Source: Clostridiales bacterium
Lineage (GTDB): Bacteria > Bacillota > Clostridia > Christensenellales > CAG-138
Direction of reading: 5' to 3'
DNA: 64,000 bases
Assembly (NCBI GenBank): GCA_918244965.1
Contig: CAKJYC010000021.1
Coordinates: 14,619 to 78,618 of the forward strand
In this document: piece by piece, positions 1 through 9,400 of the stretch
Position numbering within the stretch: the stretch's first letter is position 1
Layout of the letters: every line of letters begins with the position of its first letter
Made by a program: the position numbers and the translations under genes
Notes under the pieces: generated by a model
Databases searched by the model: none
The model's input: the letters and a program-made list of their open reading frames with translations, nothing else
Told to the model about the DNA's origin: nothing

Positions 1-636
1 GAGATCGGAGATCTTGCCGTGATCGACATCGGCGGTGCGACTACGGACGTACATTCCGTCACGGACGGATCGCCGGAGATCGTCTCCATGATGACTTCTC
101 CGGAGCCGAAAGCGAAACGGACCGTTGAAGGCGATCTCGGCCTCTATATCAACGCACATAACCTTGTCGACAGGATCGGCGTCGAAGCCTTGAACAAAGA
201 ACTGCTTATCGACACGGACGCCGTCATGCAGCAGTATCTTCCGATTCCGCAAACGGAAGCGCAGTTCAGACTGACCGAACGGCTTTGCCTTGAAGCGGGA
301 CTTGTTGCGCTCAACCGGCACGCCGGAAAACTCCGGCATCTGTATACACCGCAGGGACGCCGCACGATCGCCGAAGGTAAGGACCTAACCGCGATCAAGT
401 GGCTTGTCGGGACGGGCGGTGCATTGACACGTTTGCCGCATCACGTGTCCCTTTTGCGGACGATTGCGGATTGCAACAAAAACCGGATGCAGCTGCTGCC
501 GTCCCCCGGAACGATACGCACGCTGTTTGACAACGATTACATTATGGCGTCGGTCGGCGTTCTCTCAAAGGAGGATCCGGAATCCGCGCTACGCCTGCTG
601 AAGGAGAGCATTCGATGGAACGAAATCCGAAGCTGA
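1..636 (+). CDS. GlmL/MutL-type mutase accessory (reactivase-like) protein, C-terminal part; 5' end lies outside the window
   Basis: Frame 1 is open from base 1 (EIGDLAVIDIGGATTDVHS...). DIGGATTD is an ASKHA-fold phosphate-binding type motif seen in GlmL/MutL proteins. An overlapping racemase gene follows, as in ornithine/glutamate fermentation clusters. Confidence 0.55.
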   Translation, partial: EIGDLAVIDIGGATTDVHSVTDGSPEIVSMMTSPEPKAKRTVEGDLGLYINAHNLVDRIGVEALNKELLIDTDAVMQQYLPIPQTEAQFRLTERLCLEAGLVALNRHAGKLRHLYTPQGRRTIAEGKDLTAIKWLVGTGGALTRLPHHVSLLRTIADCNKNRMQLLPSPGTIRTLFDNDYIMASVGVLSKEDPESALRLLKESIRWNEIRS

Positions 637-1682
637 TCATTGATACACAAAAACTGAATCATAACATGCGGACGCTTGTGCATGCCGCGCATGCGCAGAG
701 CGTACAGATCGCGCTCGTCTCCAAGGTCGTTTGCGCGCATCCTGCCGTGATTGCATGCATCAATCAAAGCGGTTGTGACATGCTGGCCGATTCGCGTGCG
801 GAGAATCTGGAATCCGCATACACTGCGCTTCCGAAGCTGATGCTGCGGATCGGTATGCCGGAGGACGCAGAACGTATAGTCGCCGTATCCGATATCAGTC
901 TGGAGAGCGAAAAAGCTACGATCCTTGCGCTCGAACGGGCTGCGGCTAATCTTGGGAAAATGCATCGCATCATTCTGATGATTGACCTCGGCGATCTTCG
1001 TGAAGGCGTCTTTTATCAAGATTGGGATGAGCTGCTCGACGTTGCGCAGACGGTAAAGACCTGCCCGCATCTGGAGCTTTACGGAACCGGCACAAACCTG
1101 ACATGCTACGGCTCCGTACTGCCGGATCAAAAGAATCTCGGTACGCTTGTTGCGCTTACCGAACGGCTGCGGGACACGCTGTCCCTCCCCATCCCCGTAA
1201 TCTCCGGCGGCAACAGCACCTCGCTGAAGCTGCTGCTTGACGGCACACTGCCGAAGGGGATCAACCATCTGCGGCTCGGCGAATCTGTCATGTGCGGTGT
1301 GATCCCCGGCACCTATACACCGATCGAAGGCTGTTATCAGGATGTATTTCGGCTTGATGCAACGCTCGTCGAATGCAAGAATAAACCCTCCTATCCGATC
1401 GGGACACTGAGCCGCAACGCGTTCGGCGAAACGGTACAGTATGTCGACAAAGGCTTGATGCTGCGCGGGATCTGTGCGATCGGCCGCCAGGATGTCAGCG
1501 TGGACGGACTGACGCCGCTTGATCCGAATGTGGAGATCATCGGCGCAAGCTCCGATCATTTGCTGCTGGATCTGACAAAGGCTCCGCAGTACCGTGTCGG
1601 CGATACTGTGTCATTCGGTGTGGATTACGGCGCATTGCTGTCTGCAAGTACAAGCCGCTACGTGAAGAAAGAGGTTTTCTGA
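615..1682 (+). CDS. alanine/ornithine racemase-family PLP enzyme (putative ornithine racemase)
   Basis: 355-aa ORF overlapping the upstream gene by 22 nt. The layout resembles an alanine-racemase-type barrel (IALVSKVV... lysine context, C-terminal beta domain). It sits next to a GlmL-like gene. Confidence 0.65.
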   Translation: MERNPKLIIDTQKLNHNMRTLVHAAHAQSVQIALVSKVVCAHPAVIACINQSGCDMLADSRAENLESAYTALPKLMLRIGMPEDAERIVAVSDISLESEKATILALERAAANLGKMHRIILMIDLGDLREGVFYQDWDELLDVAQTVKTCPHLELYGTGTNLTCYGSVLPDQKNLGTLVALTERLRDTLSLPIPVISGGNSTSLKLLLDGTLPKGINHLRLGESVMCGVIPGTYTPIEGCYQDVFRLDATLVECKNKPSYPIGTLSRNAFGETVQYVDKGLMLRGICAIGRQDVSVDGLTPLDPNVEIIGASSDHLLLDLTKAPQYRVGDTVSFGVDYGALLSASTSRYVKKEVF

Positions 1683-2413
1683 TGACGCTGAACTACAAGG
1701 TACATGCCGTCGATTCGGTGAAGTCAACGAATACCGCTGTCAAAGCGCTTGCAAAGGATGGCGCACCGGAAGGATACGTGCTCGTTGCTTCATCACAGAC
1801 AAACGGACGCGGAAGACTGAACCGCGTCTTCTTTTCTCCGAAGGACTCCGGTCTGTATGTTTCGATCCTCCTTCGCCCCTCCATGCCGCTGCCGCCGTAT
1901 GCACTGACGTGCATGAGCGCCGTCGCATTGTGTGAAACGATAGAGAGCTTTCGGGTAACCAGCAATATCAAATGGGTAAACGACGTCTATGTTCAAAACA
2001 AAAAGGCCGCCGGAATTCTTGTGGAAAGCGCTTTGGATCCGATCGGTGCGTTTCAATATGCTGTCGTCGGCGTCGGCGTCAATCTGTATTTTCCGGACGG
2101 AGGCTTTCCGAAGTCGATTGAACAAACAGCTACCGCAGTCTTTGACGGTACGCCGGATGAAGAGCAGCGCAGGCAGTTTTTGAAACGATTCCTTCTGCGT
2201 TTCAAACGATATTATGAACAGCTTCCGGAGATCTCCTATTTGGAGAGCTATCGGGAACGTCTGATCGGTCTCGGAAGGCGCGTGCTTGTCTCGGAACCTG
2301 ACGGTATGCACTACGGAACTGCCTTGGATATCGATTCTGCATTTCGCCTGATCGTGCGACTGGACGACGGCTCGGAGAAAGCGCTGGATCGCGGCGAAGT
2401 AACCTTGCTATAG
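1682..2413 (+). CDS. birA: biotin--[acetyl-CoA-carboxylase] ligase, class I (no N-terminal HTH)
   Basis: GRGRLNRVFFSP biotin-binding loop and KWVNDV motif. At 243 aa it starts directly with the catalytic domain. TGATG overlap with the upstream stop; AAAGAGG SD. Confidence 0.85.
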   Translation: MTLNYKVHAVDSVKSTNTAVKALAKDGAPEGYVLVASSQTNGRGRLNRVFFSPKDSGLYVSILLRPSMPLPPYALTCMSAVALCETIESFRVTSNIKWVNDVYVQNKKAAGILVESALDPIGAFQYAVVGVGVNLYFPDGGFPKSIEQTATAVFDGTPDEEQRRQFLKRFLLRFKRYYEQLPEISYLESYRERLIGLGRRVLVSEPDGMHYGTALDIDSAFRLIVRLDDGSEKALDRGEVTLL

Positions 2414-2424
2414 TCAAAAACCGC

Positions 2425-2453
2425 TTGAAAACGACGCATTCCTATTGTATACT
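2425..2453 (+). promoter_or_regulatory. sigma-A type promoter for the ECF module (TTGAAA-N17-TATACT)
   Basis: Hexamers read directly in the birA-ecfA1 spacer with 17-nt spacing. Confidence 0.55.
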
Positions 2454-2482
2454 GTATTCCGAAATCTAAATTGGAGAAACAC

Positions 2483-3301
2483 ATGATCCGGTTTGATCAC
2501 GTTACATTTCAATATGAAAAAGCCGATTCGCCTGCGTTGAAGGACGTTTGTCTCTCGATTGCACAGGGCGAGTTTATTGCCGTCGTCGGACACAACGGCA
2601 GCGGCAAGAGCACGCTTGCAAAGCATATCAACGGCCTGCTTGTTCCGACGGAAGGTACCGTTACCGTATGCGGCATGCGTACAGACGACGAAAACAATCT
2701 TCTGAAAATCCGCCAGAATATCGGCATGGCGTTTCAGAATCCGGACAACCAGCTTGTCACGACCGTTGTTGAGGAAGACGTTGCATTCGGCCCTGAGAAT
2801 CTCGGAATCGACCCGAAGGAGATCCGGGTGCGTGTCGATGAAGCGCTGAAGGCCGTCGGCATGACCGACTATGCCGAATATGCCGTGCACCATCTGTCCG
2901 GCGGTCAGAAGCAACGGATCGCAATTGCGGGGATCCTTGCGTTGAAGCCGCAGGTGCTTGTTCTCGACGAGGCAAGCGCCATGCTTGATCCGAGCGGCAG
3001 GATTGAGCTTTTGGAGACAGTGCATCGTCTGCACGACAGCGGCATGACCGTTGTGATGGTAACGCAGTATATGGAAGAGACGACCGGATGCGATCGTATC
3101 GTTGTCATGAAAGGCGGCTGTGTCCTGTTGGACGATACGCCGCAGGAAGTCTTCCGGCATACCGATCTGCTCCTGGAGAGCAATCTTGTTCCGCCGGAAA
3201 CTGTGATCGTTCGCGATTCGCTCAAATCGCTCGGCTATTCCATCCCGGATGACGTCTTGACTGCAAAGCAGCTTGCGGAGGCATTATGTCCATCGAAATA
3301 A
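2483..3301 (+). CDS. ecfA1: energy-coupling factor transporter ATPase EcfA1
   Basis: Walker A GHNGSGKST, signature LSGGQKQR, Walker B LVLDEA. GGAGA SD before ATG 2483 (track start 2471 is less likely). Confidence 0.9.
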   Translation: MIRFDHVTFQYEKADSPALKDVCLSIAQGEFIAVVGHNGSGKSTLAKHINGLLVPTEGTVTVCGMRTDDENNLLKIRQNIGMAFQNPDNQLVTTVVEEDVAFGPENLGIDPKEIRVRVDEALKAVGMTDYAEYAVHHLSGGQKQRIAIAGILALKPQVLVLDEASAMLDPSGRIELLETVHRLHDSGMTVVMVTQYMEETTGCDRIVVMKGGCVLLDDTPQEVFRHTDLLLESNLVPPETVIVRDSLKSLGYSIPDDVLTAKQLAEALCPSK

Positions 3302-4137
3302 ACCATCTGACATTTGCATATACACAAGGCGGCAAGAAGCTCGAACCAACCTTGAACGATCTCACATTTACGATCGAAGAAGGTCATTTTCTGGGCATTA
3401 TCGGACATACCGGCAGCGGAAAATCCACATTCATCAAGCATTTGAACGGTCTGCTTCCGTGCGAGAAAGGAACGGTCAAGGTCGACGGACTCGATCTGTC
3501 CGAAAAGTCCGAGCGCAAAAAAGTGCGTGCGCTTGTCGGCGTCGTGTTCCAGTATCCGGAATACCAGCTGTTTGCAGAAACGGTCGCCGAAGACGTAGCG
3601 TTCGGTCCGAAAAATATGAAGCTGGATGAAGAGGAGATCAACGCACGCGTTACGGAAGCGATGCATCTGGTGGGCCTTGATCCCGATCGTTTTTCTTCCC
3701 GTTCCCCGTTTGATCTCTCCGGCGGTGAACGCCGTCGTGCAGCGATCGCGGGCGTTCTTTCGATGCGTCCGAAGTATCTCGTTTTGGACGAGCCGATGGC
3801 AGGTCTCGATCCGCTCGGCCGTCGTGAGATCCTTGCGCTGCTTGAAAAACTGCGTGCTGAATCCGGCTGCACGATCATCATGATCTCACATTCTATGGAC
3901 GACATCGCCAACCACGCCACGCAGGTTCTCGTGCTTGAAAAGGGTGCCGTCTGCATGTACGATACACCGGAGAACGTGTTTTCACATGCGGAGGAGCTGC
4001 AGTCGATCGGGCTGTCCGTACCGAACGTGACGCAGATCTGCATCGAACTGAACAAGCGCGGCGTCGCGATCCCCTCTTCGATCTGCAAGGAAGACGCGTT
4101 TATTGAATGGTTCCGGGAGGAAAAAGCACATGCGTGA
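3286..4137 (+). CDS. ecfA2: energy-coupling factor transporter ATPase EcfA2
   Basis: Walker A GHTGSGKST, LSGGERRR, LVLDEP. Overlaps the ecfA1 3' end; GGAGG SD. Confidence 0.9.
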   Translation: MSIEINHLTFAYTQGGKKLEPTLNDLTFTIEEGHFLGIIGHTGSGKSTFIKHLNGLLPCEKGTVKVDGLDLSEKSERKKVRALVGVVFQYPEYQLFAETVAEDVAFGPKNMKLDEEEINARVTEAMHLVGLDPDRFSSRSPFDLSGGERRRAAIAGVLSMRPKYLVLDEPMAGLDPLGRREILALLEKLRAESGCTIIMISHSMDDIANHATQVLVLEKGAVCMYDTPENVFSHAEELQSIGLSVPNVTQICIELNKRGVAIPSSICKEDAFIEWFREEKAHA

Positions 4138-4930
4138 CATTACTCTCGGACAATTCGTTGCCGGCAATTCGGTGATCCACAGACTCGATCCGCGTACCAA
4201 AATCGGCATGATGATCCTATATATCGCCATGACGTTCCTCGTAAAGAAGATCTGGTTTCTTTCGATCCCATTTGCCTATCTGATCATAGAACTGATTCTG
4301 TCCGGCATCTCGCTCCGATACATTTTGAATTCGCTGAAGCCGGTCCGGTTCTTGCTGATTCTGATGTTTATCCTGAATCTGTTCTTCACAAAGGGTGAGG
4401 ATGTCTGGTTGGATCTCGGTTTTTGGAAGCTGACCGGAGAAGCATTCCTGCAATCATGCTTTCTGACGCTGCGCATCATCCTATTGGTCGCCGGTGCATC
4501 CATGCTGACGCTGACGACGTCGCCGATCGCGCTGACCGACGGACTGGAAAAGCTGCTTTCGCCGCTGAAGGTATTCCACTTCCCGGCGCATGAGCTTGCC
4601 ATGATGATGACGATCGCGCTGCGGTTCGTGCCGACGCTGATGGACGAATCCGACAAGATCCGCAATGCGCAGATGTCGCGCGGCGCGGACTTTGAAAGCG
4701 GAAACATCTTCAAACGGGGCAAGAGTATGATCCCGATCCTGATCCCGTTGTTCGTGTCCTCCTTCCGCAAGGCGGACGAGCTTGCGATCGCCATGGAATC
4801 GCGCTGTTACCACGGCGGCGAAGGCCGCACGCGCATGCATCAGCTGAAATTCCGGCTGATCGATCTGTATGCGATCCTGATCACGCTGGCGTTTTTGGCC
4901 GCGATGATCGTGACCCTGATTCTTCTGTAA
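4130..4930 (+). CDS. ecfT: energy-coupling factor transporter transmembrane subunit EcfT
   Basis: Polytopic membrane protein with the conserved ...ALRF.P...DE...I..AQ..RG... region. GGGAGG SD before ATG 4130. Canonical ecfA-ecfA-ecfT order. Confidence 0.88.
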   Translation: MRDITLGQFVAGNSVIHRLDPRTKIGMMILYIAMTFLVKKIWFLSIPFAYLIIELILSGISLRYILNSLKPVRFLLILMFILNLFFTKGEDVWLDLGFWKLTGEAFLQSCFLTLRIILLVAGASMLTLTTSPIALTDGLEKLLSPLKVFHFPAHELAMMMTIALRFVPTLMDESDKIRNAQMSRGADFESGNIFKRGKSMIPILIPLFVSSFRKADELAIAMESRCYHGGEGRTRMHQLKFRLIDLYAILITLAFLAAMIVTLILL

Positions 4931-5700
4931 TGAGACGCATTCGTTTGATCATCTCCTATGACGGCACAAACTACGTCGGCTGGCAGGTTCAGCCGAACGG
5001 CGTTTCCGTGCAGGCGCTTTTGGAAAAAGCGCTTTTTGAACTGACCAGCGAACAAATTCGTGTTGAAGGATCGGGCAGGACGGACAGCGGCGTACACGCA
5101 AAGGCACAGGTCGCTCATTTCGATACGAATGCGCGCATGGACGCCGGAAAGTTTGCCGTTGCGATGAATATGCATCTGCCGCCCGATATCCGTGTTCTGT
5201 TTTCCGAAGAATGCGATCCGTCCTTTCATGCACGGTTTTCCGCGAAACGCAAGGAATACGCGTATACCGTACAGCTTGGGCCGCATGCCGACGTCTTTCA
5301 TCGGACGACCAGCCTGCATCTCCATTACATGCCGGACGAAGCGGCGATGCAGCGTGCCGCCGAAGCCGTTCTCGGTACGCACGACTTCAATGCGTTCAAA
5401 TGCGCCGGCAGCAGTATGGAAAACACCGTGCGGACTGTCACTCGATCCGAATGGACACGCGACAGCATTTTTTTGATTTACCATGTTGAAGGCAACGGCT
5501 TCCTGTACAACATGGTCCGGATCCTTGTCGGCACGATGCTGGAGATCGGAAGCGGCAAGCGCCCTGTTTCCGACATGCAGACCGCAATCGAAAGCGGCTG
5601 TCGTTCCGACGCGGGAGCGACTGCGCCTGCACACGGATTGTGCCTTGAACGCGTCGTATATCCGGATTTTGATACGCAGGAGGTACTGTCACGTGGATGA
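4930..5700 (+). CDS. truA: tRNA pseudouridine(38-40) synthase
   Basis: ISYDGTNYVGWQVQPN and GSGRTDSGVHA (catalytic Asp) motifs. TAATG overlap with ecfT, which is the usual synteny. Confidence 0.92.
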   Translation: MRRIRLIISYDGTNYVGWQVQPNGVSVQALLEKALFELTSEQIRVEGSGRTDSGVHAKAQVAHFDTNARMDAGKFAVAMNMHLPPDIRVLFSEECDPSFHARFSAKRKEYAYTVQLGPHADVFHRTTSLHLHYMPDEAAMQRAAEAVLGTHDFNAFKCAGSSMENTVRTVTRSEWTRDSIFLIYHVEGNGFLYNMVRILVGTMLEIGSGKRPVSDMQTAIESGCRSDAGATAPAHGLCLERVVYPDFDTQEVLSRG

Positions 5701-6136
5701 TCGCAAATGGATGAAAGAAGCGATCACAGAAGCCGAGAAGGCGCTTTCAGAGCATGAAGTCCCCGTCGGCGCGGTGATCGTCAAGGACGGTCAAATCGTT
5801 ACTTGTGCGCACAACCGCTGCGAAGCGGAGTATGACCCGACGGCACATGCAGAGTTGCTTGCCATGAAGTCCGCGTATACAAAGCTCGGCTCTCTGGAGG
5901 GCTGTACGCTCTACGTCACGCTGGAACCGTGCGCCATGTGCGCAGGTGCGATGCTGCATATGCGTCTCCCCCGTCTCGTGTTCGGCGCATTCGATCCGAT
6001 GTGCGGCTGCTGCGGATCGCGGATAGATCTTACCGATCACTGGTTTGATCACAGCGTTGAAACAATCGGCGGTATTTCGGAGCAAACATGCAGGGCTCTT
6101 TTGACTCGTTTTTTTCAATCCATTCGATCTGAATAA
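5693..6136 (+). CDS. tadA: tRNA adenosine(34) deaminase
   Basis: HAELLAM and LEPCAMCAGA zinc-deaminase motifs. AGGAGG SD 9 nt before GTG 5693. The longer track ORF (from 5483) overlaps truA and was trimmed. Confidence 0.9.
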   Translation: MDDRKWMKEAITEAEKALSEHEVPVGAVIVKDGQIVTCAHNRCEAEYDPTAHAELLAMKSAYTKLGSLEGCTLYVTLEPCAMCAGAMLHMRLPRLVFGAFDPMCGCCGSRIDLTDHWFDHSVETIGGISEQTCRALLTRFFQSIRSE

Positions 6137-6141
6137 ACCAC

Positions 6142-6170
6142 TTGCTTTTTTGGAAACAATGCGTTATACT
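6142..6170 (+). promoter_or_regulatory. sigma-A type promoter for tRNA-Ser (TTGCTT-N17-TATACT)
   Basis: Hexamers read directly, about 28 nt upstream of the mature tRNA 5' end. Confidence 0.6.
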
Positions 6171-6197
6171 GCTAAAGGCGCTGAAAACCGAAGACCT

Positions 6198-6291
6198 GGA
6201 GACGTATCGAAGTGGTCATAACGAGAACGACTCGAAATCGTTTGACTGGTGATGAGCCGGTCCGTGGGTTCGAATCCCACCGTCTCCGCCA
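6198..6291 (+). tRNA. tRNA-Ser (anticodon CGA), CCA encoded
   Basis: Hand-folded cloverleaf. Acceptor GGAGACG/CGTCTCC, anticodon stem AACGA/TCGTT with loop CU-CGA-AA, long variable arm GACTGG...CCGGTC, T arm GTGGG-TTCGAAT-CCCAC, discriminator G plus CCA. Confidence 0.92.
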
Positions 6292-6292
6292 G

Positions 6293-6319
6293 AAAAACCT
6301 CGCTCCGGCGAGGTTTTTT
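6293..6319 (+). terminator. intrinsic terminator after tRNA-Ser
   Basis: AAAAACCTCGC-TCCG-GCGAGGTTTTTT hairpin plus T-run. Confidence 0.8.
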
Positions 6320-6385
6320 CAATGAAGCCACCTCAGCGGAACTAATGAAGAAATGAAAATGTTTCGCTGATGAATGATCGAATCA

Positions 6386-6416
6386 CAAAAACGATCCGCA
6401 GGCATTTCTGCGGATT
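6386..6416 (-). terminator. intrinsic terminator of the CotH/protease operon
   Basis: Minus strand reads ATCCGCAG-AAATGC-CTGCGGAT followed by CGTTTTT. Confidence 0.7.
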
Positions 6417-6423
6417 GTTGTAT

Positions 6424-9400
6424 TTACGGTTGTGAGTATTTTGCGATCAGTGCGTTCAACTCGGAATCCGAGATCTTGAACTCCTTCTGAATGTGCTGGA
6501 GCGCGAGCATCGGACGCTTTGACACCTTATCGCGCAGCGCCTTGACGCTGCTCTTCCATGACGAAACACTGCCCGGATGCTTCCAGCGTGCGATATGCCG
6601 TGCCATTTCCGGTTCCAGCTCGGCGGTCATCTGATCGAGCAGTGCGGTCAGTCGATCCGAGGAAAGCTGTGTCATGACAAGTTCTACATAGCGCTCGATG
6701 AATTTCTGACGCCAGCCCGGATTCGTGCGCAGCGCAACGGTGAAGTAGAAATATGTCAGCGATCCGTTATGCGACGGCGTACCGGCCTTATTGAAATACA
6801 GATATCCGATGTTGCGCGACGCGGAGCTGCTCAGGATCAGGTCAAGGTCGTACAGGAGCGGACGCCACCGGATCCGATAGTCGGTCGTGCGCCAGTATTT
6901 CTGGTTGAAGCAATCCGTATCGCAGAACACTTGACGGCAGATCACATAGTCGATGAACGCGTCCGGATCGACCTTTTCGATGAATTTCTCATACGCGCTG
7001 TCCGTGGACAGATTGGCATTTTTCGCCGCATTGAAAACGGATTTGAATTCCGTGGTCGTTCCCTTTCGGGCGATCGCGCCGTTGCGCATGATGGTGTTGA
7101 CTGTATCAGGATCGACGCCGAAGTGCGTTTCAAGGTATCTGGAATTCAGATCCTCGTTGAAATCGTGAATGCCGTAGTAACTGCCGTTGACATAAACCAC
7201 GCAGAAGCGCGAATTGGCACAGTCAACGTTCAATCCGAGACATGCGCGCGATGCAAATGCATCGGCCAGACGTGCATTGTCATAATCCTGTCCCGCCTGA
7301 CGCAGCGCAAAGGAACCGAATCGCGTGAATGCGTAATCCTTGAAGAACGGGTATTCAACATGGGACATGCCGTACTCCGCACGAAGGGAAAGCGTCAGCG
7401 ACTTTTGTGAGATGTACTTCAGTGTCCCCTGGCCCTTTGCCTTGATATCGCACGGGAACGCAGTCCCCATCAGACCGTCTGATTCATAAAAATTGACGTA
7501 TCCCTTTCGTTCCTTGATATCCTTATGCAGTTTCACCTTATAGACTGCGGTGAAATCGTTCGGCGCCATTGCAATGCAAACGACCGGAAGCGTATGCGGT
7601 TCTTCAAACAGATAATGGAACGTAACGATCTCACTGCGCAGGCGTCCGTCGGAGACCGCGATCGCGCGGATCACGGCATTGTTGGAAATGCTGATCGGAC
7701 CTGAATAGCGCTTTGCGCCCGCATCGGGTTCGCTGCCGTCGGTCGTATAGTAGATCACGGCGTTCGGATCCAGCGAAGAGATCGTCAATGTAAACGGCTG
7801 CGCATGATACAGCGCGGTGTCCGAAAACGTCGGTTCACTTGTGTATCCGGTATAACGCGAATCGCTGTTCTTTGCGCCTTTTGTCTTCTGCGTAAAGAAC
7901 GTGCGGCGAACACTCGTGTCATTCTCGATCCGGCCGCTTGTTACGCCGACACGCTGTACACCGGTCTCAAACACATCCCGCAGGTTTCCGTACGAATCGC
8001 AAAGGTACAGCGTCTCACCCGAAGGGTCGATCCCAAACGGTGCATCGTTTGAAGTGCGATCCGTATAGGACGACGTTGCTTCCAATACAACATATCCGCC
8101 GGAAGCAATGCTCTTAGACCCGATCATGTATTTTTTCAGGTCGCTGAGAGAATCGCTCAAGTACCAGCCTTCCAGCGATACATTCTTGTCACTGCCGTTG
8201 TGCAGCTCAATCCAGTCCTTCTCTCCGGTTCCGCGTCCGTGGATGGCGCATACCTCGGAGATGTATACGCCATCAGACGGAAAAAAACCGAGTGCCTCCG
8301 CGTCTTTGTCGCCATGCCCGTTCGGTTCATTCGGCGTTGGGTAGCGATAATAGACCTGCTCGTTGTTTTCATTGAGTCCGATGGACACATTGTCATTAAG
8401 TTCTGGTACTGTAATCCAGTCGAGAACCTTGCTGTCGTCGTTGTACAGGAACAGTGTTTCGCCCGTACCGAGCGAAAAGCTCGCATGGTATTCAGAACCG
8501 TTTGCGTTTGCTGCGGACTTTCCCGACAGGAAGATGATCATGTATGCGCCGGCGGGAAGCGTGATATCCGGCAGCGCCCATTTCTTTAGATTCTTCGGAT
8601 TGTCGGACAGGAACCATCCGGACAGGTCGATCGGTTGATCGGTCGTGTTCTTCAACTCGACCCAGTCGCTTCGTTCTCCGTCGCGGTCGATAATGCTGTA
8701 CTTGTTTTTTGCAAGCACCTCGCTGATGCGCAGCGTCGTCGGGCGTTTTGCATTGACCGTCGGATCGACAGGTTCATCGTCCTTCGGATCCTTGGTCTTT
8801 TCCGGTTCAGGCGTCTCCTCCGGACGATACGGCGGCTCTGTCGTAATCTCGGTATGGTTCGCCTCGCCCGGCGTCGGCTCTTCGCAGTATCCGAAGCTGC
8901 CGTCCGCGCTCTTTGCATAGCTGACGTCCTTATACGGAATTTCCGGCACATTCACCGTATCCAGTTCGTTGCCGTGTGAATCGTAGAGATACAGCGTATC
9001 GCCGTAACGGCTGATGCCGAGATTGACGCATACATGCTGGTCCTTCGTTGTGCAGTCTTTTTCACAGCAGTACACGACCAGATATCCATTCGCAGGCAAA
9101 ACGCCTGTCAGATTCGCATCGTCATAGTTGCGGACCTCGTCGCAGAGTGTAAATCCGTCAAGCGGGATATCCTGATCTGTCGTATTGTGCAGCTCGACCC
9201 AATCGCATTTCCGGCATCCGTCGCAGGTCAGCTGTGTATTGCGGGAAGATATCTCGCTGATTTCAACACCGGTCACAGGCGCAAACGTTTCGGGTTCCTT
9301 CAGCGCAGGCTGCGTGTCAAGGATCTGCGTGGTATTGGCCTCGCCCGGCGTCGGCACGTCGCAATAACCGTAGGTACCGTTGTCACGACGCGCGTAGGAG

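Noticed and set aside
5483-5692. 70-codon upstream extension of the tadA ORF overlapping truA
   Set aside because: An AGGAGG SD sits 9 nt before GTG 5693, and TadA homologues start a few residues before MKEAI. The extension is out-of-frame truA sequence.
6292-6423. Searched for an SRP (scRNA) gene, because scr follows tadA in Bacillus
   Set aside because: The 130-nt spacer holds only two terminators (tRNA-Ser and the convergent CotH operon). It has no SRP Alu or S-domain conserved motifs and no extended helix.
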